Virus record (IMG/VR): IMGVR_UViG_3300012000_000021
Span: 1-54,258 of that record
Direction: 5' to 3' (one strand)
From: a virus
Taxonomy: Duplodnaviria; Caudoviricetes
DNA length: 54,258 nt
The position numbers and the translations under genes were made by a program. Shown here in pieces: positions 45,381 to 52,812 of this stretch (its first letter is position 1; every line of letters starts with the position of its first letter). Under the pieces are notes generated by a model. The model made no database searches. It saw only the letters and a program-made list of their open reading frames with translations, and had not been told where the DNA came from.

Positions 45381-45616
45381 TGATCGCAACTGCAAAAGAA
45401 GCAATAGAGATGATCGAGAAAATGTATGCAACAGACATGAGTGAACAACTAGTAATTACTTGGTGGGATTCAACTGATTTCCAAGATCGTGATCTCGATA
45501 AGGCATTCAATGTCTGTGAAGATGCACTTGATGTCTGTATCGGACACATCAGCGACACAATCGCTGACTTCGTTCCTGCTTTAAGTGAAGGAGATTCAGA
45601 TGCCAATAACGCTTAG
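45380..45616 (+). CDS. hypothetical early protein
   Basis: TAATG coupling, 78 aa. Confidence 0.65.
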   Translation: MIATAKEAIEMIEKMYATDMSEQLVITWWDSTDFQDRDLDKAFNVCEDALDVCIGHISDTIADFVPALSEGDSDANNA

Positions 45617-45928
45617 ACAAGCAAAACTGCTAGATCAAAAGTATCGTCACATTCGAGATTGTTTTGAGTGTGGCGATCAACACGATGTCAATGAGATGTA
45701 TCCAAAAGACGGATACTTAATCTGTGAACCTTGTTCGCAGGGAAGATAGGAGATAACCAATGGGATACGCACAGATCGTTCGTAGGGTAGAAGCCCACGA
45801 ACTAACTAATTGTGATGATTGCGGGAATAACGAACTTACTTCATCAGGTAAATACTTCGAAGAACTAGGTAGTCAAAAGATACTGTGGTTCTGCTTTAAC
45901 TGCATTCATAATCCAACACAGTAACTTT

Positions 45929-46186
45929 ATCGAGTAGGGGTCAACGCAGGGTTAAACGACAGGGTTAATTCATTTCCCTATCTCCTTACCTGCTAAGGGC
46001 GATCATGATCGGCTTCTATGATTGCCGTAGTCGTACCTGCCCCTACTCGATTTCACTATTGATAGAGATCGTCAACACCTAGCAGACTACGGCAGACTGA
46101 AAAGGTGTTATGAAAATCTTGCAAGATCGTTGATCGATTTCAGACCAACGCACAACATCGTTCTACTTCTTGACGATCTCTATCAA
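45929..46186 (+). ncRNA. candidate two-domain structured RNA
   Basis: A 12-bp stem (45929-45940/46040-46051) and a 17-bp perfect stem (46059-46075/46170-46186) each enclose a multibranch interior. Confidence 0.6.
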
Positions 46187-46216
46187 CTATTTAATTAACC
46201 TAGAGAGGATTACAAC

Positions 46217-46390
46217 ATGGATACACCACACCCATTCACACTAGAAGAAGTAAATGCAATCCTTGTTGCACGATTCAATGGCGAATCGTTGCAGAGCGTT
46301 GCTGATCGATTTAACACAAATCGTGTACTGATTAGAAGAATAGAAAGTAAATACATGAACCGATTCAAAGTCGGACACACTTACAATTAA
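46217..46390 (+). CDS. small HTH protein
   Basis: FTLEEVNAILVARFNGESLQSVADRFNTNRVLIRRI; GAGGA RBS. Confidence 0.65.
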   Translation: MDTPHPFTLEEVNAILVARFNGESLQSVADRFNTNRVLIRRIESKYMNRFKVGHTYN

Positions 46391-46486
46391 GGAGAAACTA
46401 AATGACATCAATTCCACAAACTAAATGTAATGACTGCTTGGAATGGGTTGAGTACGAAACTGTCCACGAATGCAAAGGAGAAATAA

Positions 46487-46828
46487 ATGAGTGAACTATC
46501 ATCACACCAAACTGATCTGATTAAGTCGATCACGATCGCTAACGAGTTTCTAAAGATCGTTCGCGGATTCAAAGTAGATTCTGATCGCAAAGACAGTCTG
46601 CCTCAGGAGATCAAGGAGTACCTAGCCAATGAACACCTGAACTCAATCATGGAAGATCAAGAGATCGAACCTGAGATGTTGATTTGGGGATTCCTGCACA
46701 TGATCGAGATTCTCTTGAAGTATGCAGAGTTAGACCCTGAGGACTTAACGAGTGTCATGGATTCGTTTATGAAGTATGTGATCGAAAACCCTGACCAATA
46801 CAGAGATCGGAGTAACGATGAAGATTGA
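46487..46828 (+). CDS. hypothetical early protein
   Basis: 113 aa, AAGGAG RBS. Confidence 0.7.
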   Translation: MSELSSHQTDLIKSITIANEFLKIVRGFKVDSDRKDSLPQEIKEYLANEHLNSIMEDQEIEPEMLIWGFLHMIEILLKYAELDPEDLTSVMDSFMKYVIENPDQYRDRSNDED

Positions 46829-47093
46829 GATCATCAATGCACCATGTCAGTCAGCAGGTGTTGACCCTGAGTTATTCTTTCCTGACCCGACAGAGTACGA
46901 AAAGATTCAGCGAGCCAAAGCAGTATGCAATCAATGTCCTGAGATCACAAAGAATAAATGTCTCTCATTCGCACTAGACAATGGTGTGCAGTATGGAATC
47001 TTCGGCGGTCTAACAGATCACGACAGAGCCCTACTACGCCGTAGAGAGAATCGAAAATACAAGCAGTATGTATCAGTAGTGGGGGAGTATTAA
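46818..47093 (+). CDS. whiB: WhiB-family transcription factor
   Basis: C...DPELFFP...AKAVCNQCP...CLSFAL...GIFGGLT..R: four Cys plus the G(I/V)(W/F)GG turn. Confidence 0.93.
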   Translation: MKIEIINAPCQSAGVDPELFFPDPTEYEKIQRAKAVCNQCPEITKNKCLSFALDNGVQYGIFGGLTDHDRALLRRRENRKYKQYVSVVGEY

Positions 47094-47218
47094 TTATGTA
47101 CACAAAGAATCAGGTAGTAATCGAAGTCAATGGTGGCGTTGCAGAAGTAACTCGTTGCCCTAATGACATCGAAGTAATCATCATCGATTACGACAACGAG
47201 ATCAATGGAGATAACTAA

Positions 47219-47428
47219 ATGATGAATCCAAATGACATAGTGCTATTTACTCGTGAAGAAGCAAATCAATTAGTGAGGAGAGTGCTTACTGATGATGAAT
47301 GGCTAAAGATCAGAGAGTGGATTACTTCTGACGATAATCTGTGGGAAGTGATCGATGAATGTATTCAGAACACGATTAGTGAGGTGATTATCGATGAAGA
47401 TCAACAAGAAACTGGTGAATCGAATTGA
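47219..47428 (+). CDS. hypothetical early protein
   Basis: 69 aa, GGAG RBS. Confidence 0.65.
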   Translation: MMNPNDIVLFTREEANQLVRRVLTDDEWLKIREWITSDDNLWEVIDECIQNTISEVIIDEDQQETGESN

Positions 47429-47616
47429 AGGATTGGCTCACTACTACCGACATCGCACAACAAACAGGGCTAAAGATCGACACGATCTATACCTATCGAA
47501 AGCGCAACACCCTTCCCGAACCCGATCACATGATCGGCAATCGACCACTATGGAAGCAAGAAACAATCGATAAGTGGAACTCTTATCGAATAACACAAAT
47601 AGAAACGGAGAAATAA
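47425..47616 (+). CDS. AlpA/excisionase-like winged HTH
   Basis: WLTTTDIAQQTGLKIDTIYTYRKRNTLPEPD.MIGNRPLW. Confidence 0.8.
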   Translation: MKDWLTTTDIAQQTGLKIDTIYTYRKRNTLPEPDHMIGNRPLWKQETIDKWNSYRITQIETEK

Positions 47617-47844
47617 ATGGTTGCAAATGTAATCAGTAGTCAAACCTCAGCAACAGATCATGTTATTGAGTTTCCAATGAACGGAAATGTTTACACCGCC
47701 AAAGTATTTATTGGTGAGTGGGGCGTTGATGTTGATTGGTTTATTGGTGAGGACTTTATTGCGATCGATGATCGCTGGAAGGTTCTGCCAACTGATCTCT
47801 ACAATCTCGATGATTTGGATTGGGAAGAGATTCTCTATCCATGA
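47617..47844 (+). CDS. hypothetical early protein
   Basis: 75 aa, GGAG RBS. Confidence 0.65.
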   Translation: MVANVISSQTSATDHVIEFPMNGNVYTAKVFIGEWGVDVDWFIGEDFIAIDDRWKVLPTDLYNLDDLDWEEILYP

Positions 47845-47996
47845 GTACCTACAAAGTAACTTTTGTATGGACACGATCAATCGAAGTCGAATGCGATTCC
47901 GAAGATCAAGCGAATCAACTCGGTGAACTATGGCTATCCGAAGCAGTACCGCAGATCGCTCACGACACCGAATGGGATAGTGAGATCGTCAACTAA
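47841..47996 (+). CDS. small early protein
   Basis: MSTYKVTFVWTRSIEVECDSEDQA...EIVN; ATGA overlap. Confidence 0.65.
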   Translation: MSTYKVTFVWTRSIEVECDSEDQANQLGELWLSEAVPQIAHDTEWDSEIVN

Positions 47997-48072
47997 CTCT
48001 TAGCCCTGATCTGGGGCGATCTGAGAGTTACTTCAAGCGCACATAAGCAGATTCCCTAAGCCCACAGTCACT

Positions 48073-48111
48073 ATTGCCCCTAGCCCCTGATCGGGCTAGG
48101 GGCTATTTTTT
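48073..48111 (+). terminator. intrinsic terminator ending the early operon
   Basis: GCCCCTAGCCC-CTGATC-GGGCTAGGGGC followed by TATTTTTT. Confidence 0.85.
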
Positions 48112-48120
48112 GCATTCGAA

Positions 48121-48151
48121 GTTACTCACCAGTAACATTACTCAGCAGTAA
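48121..48151. promoter_or_regulatory. tandem palindromic operator-like sites upstream of the integrase
   Basis: GTTACT-CACC-AGTAAC immediately followed by ATTACT-CAGC-AGTAAC. Confidence 0.55.
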
Positions 48152-48168
48152 CATGAAGGGGGAAGATC

Positions 48169-49431
48169 ATGGCTTATGTCGTAAAGCGTGGGGATAGGTT
48201 TACAGGCTATTACCGAAAGGGCGGTAAACGCCTCTCAGCAGGTACATGGGGCTCGACTATCGATGCCATGTACCACGCCTCAAAAGCAGAGGCATCGGGT
48301 GGCAGCGAGCCTTCTAGGGCTGTATTTACCCTATCGACCTACATCGATTCATGGCTTCCCACCGCCGATCTCATGCCGATCACTCGCAAGGGCTATCGAT
48401 CAGTCATTGACCGCTATGTGATTCCAACTCTTGGAGATCGCAAAGTAACTTCGATCGATACCCGTACCATTCAAAAGTTACTTCAAGCCCTGAGATCAGA
48501 AGGAGTCGGTTCAGCCACCCTCAATCAGATCAAGGCATCACTAGGGTCTGCCTTCTCCCAGTTAGTCGATACAGGAGAATTAACTCAGAACCCTACTCAT
48601 GGGATTCGTATTAAGGCGAAGTATTCGGACATCTCAAATGTTGTAGAACCCGAAGAGTTTAAAGCGATTATTCAGCATCTACCGACCGAAGGGGCGCAGT
48701 TATTCGCCCGATTCTTAGTCGCATCAGGTTGCCGATTCGGGGAAGCAACCGAGATCAGGGTCAAGGACATCAACCTGAGGACAGGGGAAGTCTATGTCCA
48801 AAGGCGAGTCAGCGATCTAGGGTCAAGCCATACCAGCAGGTTTCTAGTCGTAGAAGCCACAAAGTCGGGTCATAAGCGAAGCCTTATGTTAAGCAAAGCC
48901 CTACTACAAGAGATTCAGGGTTATGTCATAGCAAAAGCCCTATCAAAAGATGACCTGTTGTTTCCAAGAACGATCATCTTAACAACAGGTAAACTAGAGG
49001 CTTCTCGTGGAGAAATGTCTAAGCGACCATTCGCCAAAGACGGAAAACTGTTCCAGCATGGAACTCTGTACGCCTATACACATGGGCGTTGCCGATGCGA
49101 GGCTTGTAGAGAGTCGGTGCGAAAGCACAGGCAAAAGACAAAGCCATACCAAAAGCAACAGAGGTTCATCGACCATACGAGTCACCTACCACGAGATGTA
49201 TGGAGAACTACATGGAACAAGGCAATAGCCAAGTCAGGCATCGGTTGGAGTCCTAGAACCCATGATCTAAGGCACGCTAACGCTACTCAACTTCTAAAAA
49301 GCGGAGTAGATGTGCATGAGGTCAAGGAACGCTTAGGGCATCAGTCGATAAAGACGACAGAGCGATACCTACATCGCCTTCGTCACAACCAGTCAAAGGC
49401 ATCAGAAAGTGTCAATGACTTTTTGGAGTGA
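48169..49431 (+). CDS. int: tyrosine recombinase/integrase with an internal zinc-binding insert
   Basis: SGCRFGE (R), TKSG (K), HDLRH, LGHQS and ERY; insert HGTLYAYTHGRCRCEAC. Confidence 0.92.
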   Translation: MAYVVKRGDRFTGYYRKGGKRLSAGTWGSTIDAMYHASKAEASGGSEPSRAVFTLSTYIDSWLPTADLMPITRKGYRSVIDRYVIPTLGDRKVTSIDTRTIQKLLQALRSEGVGSATLNQIKASLGSAFSQLVDTGELTQNPTHGIRIKAKYSDISNVVEPEEFKAIIQHLPTEGAQLFARFLVASGCRFGEATEIRVKDINLRTGEVYVQRRVSDLGSSHTSRFLVVEATKSGHKRSLMLSKALLQEIQGYVIAKALSKDDLLFPRTIILTTGKLEASRGEMSKRPFAKDGKLFQHGTLYAYTHGRCRCEACRESVRKHRQKTKPYQKQQRFIDHTSHLPRDVWRTTWNKAIAKSGIGWSPRTHDLRHANATQLLKSGVDVHEVKERLGHQSIKTTERYLHRLRHNQSKASESVNDFLE

Positions 49432-50012
49432 TGATGAATCTAACAAGAAGAGGCAAGATCGTATTCGGATCGCTATTTACGGCGATGTTCGTTGGTAGTG
49501 GGCTAGTGGTATTGCCACCAGCCTTTAGCCCTACGCAAGCCGAAGCACAGATCATGCAGAAGCAATACCAAGAGCGAGCCCTAGCCAAGTACGAGAATGC
49601 AGACAAACTAACTCAGACACAGTTAGTCGATCTGCTTAGCGCAGTTGGCTTCAAAGGACAAGCCTTACGCTATGCGTGGGCAATCGCTATGAAAGAGTCA
49701 CATGGAAACCCTCTCTCCCACAACGGCAATCGCAAGACAGGGGATAACTCATTCGGGTTGTTCCAAGTCAACATGGTTGACTCATTGGGACAAGATCGCA
49801 GGGAAAAGTTCAATTTAGAGTACAACGCTCAACTGTTGAATCCTGTGGTGAACGCCAAGATCGCTTACTTCATGAGCGCAAAAGGCAAAGACTGGAGATC
49901 ATGGAAAGGTGTCCACAATCCTGTAGTAAAAAAGTGGTTAGCACAGTTCCCTGAAGCACATGCAAAAGCCCTAGCAAAAGCGAAAGCGAAAGCACTAGGA
50001 ATAACAGAGTAA
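49428..50012 (+). CDS. membrane-anchored lytic transglycosylase (SLT/lysozyme-like)
   Basis: N-terminal TM/signal segment; AIAMKESHG (catalytic Glu), SFGLFQVN, LLNPVVNAKIA and W.SW. Confidence 0.85.
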   Translation: MMMNLTRRGKIVFGSLFTAMFVGSGLVVLPPAFSPTQAEAQIMQKQYQERALAKYENADKLTQTQLVDLLSAVGFKGQALRYAWAIAMKESHGNPLSHNGNRKTGDNSFGLFQVNMVDSLGQDRREKFNLEYNAQLLNPVVNAKIAYFMSAKGKDWRSWKGVHNPVVKKWLAQFPEAHAKALAKAKAKALGITE

Positions 50013-50022
50013 GCAATAGGAG

Positions 50023-50048
50023 AAGCCCCGTCAGAAATGGCGGGGCTA
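50023..50048 (+). terminator. hairpin terminator
   Basis: AGCCCCGTCA-GAAA-TGGCGGGGCT with a GNRA loop and a weak U tail. Confidence 0.65.
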
Positions 50049-50102
50049 TCTTCGAAGTAACTCTACCTGGCAGCCAGGTGAGTTAGTTAGTTAGGGGAGC
50101 AC

Positions 50103-50615
50103 ATGGCAAGTGGCGGTATGCAGGACTGGCAGTCAATAAGTCATAGCAAAGCAAAGCCATACCAGAAGCCATACCAGAAGCAAGAGCAATTCCCAAAGCA
50201 ACACCAGAAGGACGAGTGGACTCAACCCGAACTGCCATTTACTGATAAGCCGTGGCGTTCTGATAAGTATCTTACTGATACTGAAATAGAAGAACTCTTT
50301 TGGCGCAAATTAGTGCAGTTGGGTTGGAGATGGCAGACATACGGCGAGAACTTAAAGAGCAAGAACATTGTGTTGCCTTGCCCTTACTGCAATTTACTAA
50401 TGGATAGCCACACCATCATCACAGAAACAAACTCTAAAAGAATGCAAGACAAATATTATTGCGAACAAGTTTTAAAGAGGCACAAGGGTCTTGAATGCAA
50501 AGCCATACTAGAAGACGAAGCAATACCAGAAGCCATATCAGAAGCCATACCAGAAGCATGTTACAAGTGCCATGGTGAAGGCATCTTGCAATCAGGAGAA
50601 GAGTGCGACTGCTAA
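50103..50615 (+). CDS. hypothetical zinc-binding protein carrying the 12-bp repeats
   Basis: CPYC and CYKC...CDC; KPYQKPYQ and EAIPEAISEAIP segments. Confidence 0.6.
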   Translation: MASGGMQDWQSISHSKAKPYQKPYQKQEQFPKQHQKDEWTQPELPFTDKPWRSDKYLTDTEIEELFWRKLVQLGWRWQTYGENLKSKNIVLPCPYCNLLMDSHTIITETNSKRMQDKYYCEQVLKRHKGLECKAILEDEAIPEAISEAIPEACYKCHGEGILQSGEECDC

Positions 50616-50616
50616 A

Positions 50617-52641
50617 TTACTTAGGTTGGTTGTCAGTAATCAGTTTGACTTCGCAAGCATCAGTTGTGCAGTAAGCCTCACCAATAGCATCAGCAGCCAT
50701 TCCTGCATAGACACCAGAGAAGTCAATAGGGAAGAGTTGCATTACGCCTTGCTCTTCGTATTCCTTCTCAGTGATCTGTGTGTAAGGCATTTGAGGATAT
50801 ACATGGTTACCACTAGGCAAGAATGAGACAGTCTTTAGTTGACCATCGTACATATGCAAAGCCGTACCAATAGCCGAGGCTTCCTTTTCTGGATCAAATG
50901 AGATTGTTACAGAGACAGAGTTGTCTGACCAGTAGCGTTGAGCAGTGGCAGCAAGTGCCATCTTCTCGTAAATACTTACATCCTTCTCACTTCGCTTAGC
51001 CTCTGACTTGATAGGGAAGAAGACAACCGAAGTCGTATCAGGAGACTCACTTGCTGGCTCTACTCTGTAGTTAGCAAGTTTGAACAGTGGAAGCATTGGG
51101 TCGTTGTTTGAGAAGCGGATAGCACGATTGAAGTACTGACCACCTACAGTCCAGTGAACTCCTGGAGATTCTCCAGCCAAGATACTTACTGTTCCTGATG
51201 GCTTGACTGTTGTCATCTTGATTGACTCACGGATACCAAGCCACTCTGAGTAGTTGGTGTCATATGACTTGATGACCTTGTAGCCTTCATCCATCCACTG
51301 ACGCAGGACTGGGAGTCCCTTAGTGTCTGCAAAGTTTGCAACACCTGAGACTGATGTACCGATACGGCGATTGCGCTGCATGATCGCATTGGTTTCTTCC
51401 CAGTGAGTTGGAAGCAATGTCACAGTCTTTGCATAGAGGTAAGCGAACTTCAATGTGCGCTTGAAATCTTCAAGATCTGTGTGGCGATTCAAGTAAGTCT
51501 CTACCAATGTGCAGCACTCGTATGACTCTAGTGACTGCTCAGCACATGGGTTGTACCCTGCAATACGCCAGTCCTTGTTGTTGATTGGATCTGCAAGGCG
51601 ACCGTATTGCTTGGAGATGTCCATCCAAATAACTCCTGGCTCTCCGTTGCGAGCAATACCTTCGATGATTCCATCGAGGTTATCTCCTACATTGACAGCC
51701 ACAGAGTTGTTCGACATCCAGCCATGCGTCATACGCTCTGGATACTTCTCGTAGTTCTTTAGGTTTAGAAACTCTTCATCTTCAATGCGACCAATAAGTA
51801 GTTCTGCAGAGCGACGGACGTTGCCAGAGACTACGCACACACCAATCATGTTTCCAATGTCTGCGATGTCACGACGAGTTAACTTCTGACCAGCACGACC
51901 CTTGAATAGTTCACAGATGTACTGGTGCAGTTTGATTAGAGGATCTGCTCCTGCTGCGGTTCCACCGAAGGTGCGGATTGGTTCACCCGCTGGACGGATC
52001 GCTTCGTAATTAAATGTTGGAGCCTTTGTATCTGGCTTGAGGTAGGCATTGATGAGGGCGGCTGTTGCTTCGACCCAACCCTCTCGTGTGTCTGGGATGT
52101 CATAGGTGTAATCTCCTTGTGGTGCATAGATGTTGAACTCCTTATCTGCTCCCTTATCATCAAAACCAACGCCCACTCCGAGCATTGATGCCTCCATAAG
52201 AAATGCAAATGGTTTTGCTGGATCTGTCTTTATCATCGATCCAGTTGAAACGAAGGCGCAATTCTGTAGTGCTGCTGAGTTGCGTTGCTCATTGACGATT
52301 GGAGTTCCCATAACCCATAGACCTCTTCCAGGCGGTGTCCACTTCAAGTTCCATAAGCGATCGAATGCCTCTTTGGCTGAGGCTGCTGGCTTTTCATCTG
52401 ACCATGGCAAGCGGGTCGGCTTTGCGTGAGCCTTCTGCAATGAGTACATGCCGTTAATCACACGTTCACATACATCGACCCACGTCTCTTTCGTACCATC
52501 TGCCTTGAGGCGAGAATAGGTACGTAAAAAAGTTATCTCTCCAACCGAGTTACCTGCTGCATCTTGATAACCAAACGGCGCCTTCTTTGGGCGATAAGGT
52601 CCGATGAAGTCCTCAGTCAGTTTGAAAGATAATGTTGTCAT
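50617..52641 (-). CDS. nrdJ: class II (adenosylcobalamin-dependent) ribonucleoside-triphosphate reductase
   Basis: PPGRGLW, LQNCAF, GNVRRSAE, NPCAEQ (thiyl Cys), TVKPSGTVS and C-terminal CTTDAC. Probable start 52641. Confidence 0.95.
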   Translation of the reverse strand: MTTLSFKLTEDFIGPYRPKKAPFGYQDAAGNSVGEITFLRTYSRLKADGTKETWVDVCERVINGMYSLQKAHAKPTRLPWSDEKPAASAKEAFDRLWNLKWTPPGRGLWVMGTPIVNEQRNSAALQNCAFVSTGSMIKTDPAKPFAFLMEASMLGVGVGFDDKGADKEFNIYAPQGDYTYDIPDTREGWVEATAALINAYLKPDTKAPTFNYEAIRPAGEPIRTFGGTAAGADPLIKLHQYICELFKGRAGQKLTRRDIADIGNMIGVCVVSGNVRRSAELLIGRIEDEEFLNLKNYEKYPERMTHGWMSNNSVAVNVGDNLDGIIEGIARNGEPGVIWMDISKQYGRLADPINNKDWRIAGYNPCAEQSLESYECCTLVETYLNRHTDLEDFKRTLKFAYLYAKTVTLLPTHWEETNAIMQRNRRIGTSVSGVANFADTKGLPVLRQWMDEGYKVIKSYDTNYSEWLGIRESIKMTTVKPSGTVSILAGESPGVHWTVGGQYFNRAIRFSNNDPMLPLFKLANYRVEPASESPDTTSVVFFPIKSEAKRSEKDVSIYEKMALAATAQRYWSDNSVSVTISFDPEKEASAIGTALHMYDGQLKTVSFLPSGNHVYPQMPYTQITEKEYEEQGVMQLFPIDFSGVYAGMAADAIGEAYCTTDACEVKLITDNQPK

Positions 52642-52812
52642 AACCCCTACCATTTCTATAAATGTCTAAATACCCCTCTGTGGGTTGCTTAGTATTGCGC
52701 TTGGAAACCTATCATGCATCTGTTAACTTTGCGAAGTACTCTCGCCAAAAGAAAATGGTCAACTACGGGTGAGATATGTTTTACACCCTGTTAACTGCTG
52801 TTATCAGATAAG

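Larger units (their letters stand above)
48825..50553 (+). repeat. dispersed and tandem 12-bp motif AAGC(C/A)(A/C)TACCA(G/A)
   Basis: Copies at 48825, 48935, 49141, 49560, 49966, 50154, 50166, 50196, 50500, 50518, 50530 and 50542. Confidence 0.75.

Noticed and set aside
50617-52653. Intein or intron in nrdJ (also checked in terL)
   Set aside because: Both proteins have normal length and contiguous motifs, with no intein C...HN-C/S/T signature.
52642-52812. NrdR box or cobalamin riboswitch upstream of nrdJ
   Set aside because: No convincing NrdR palindrome pair or B12-box was recognisable.
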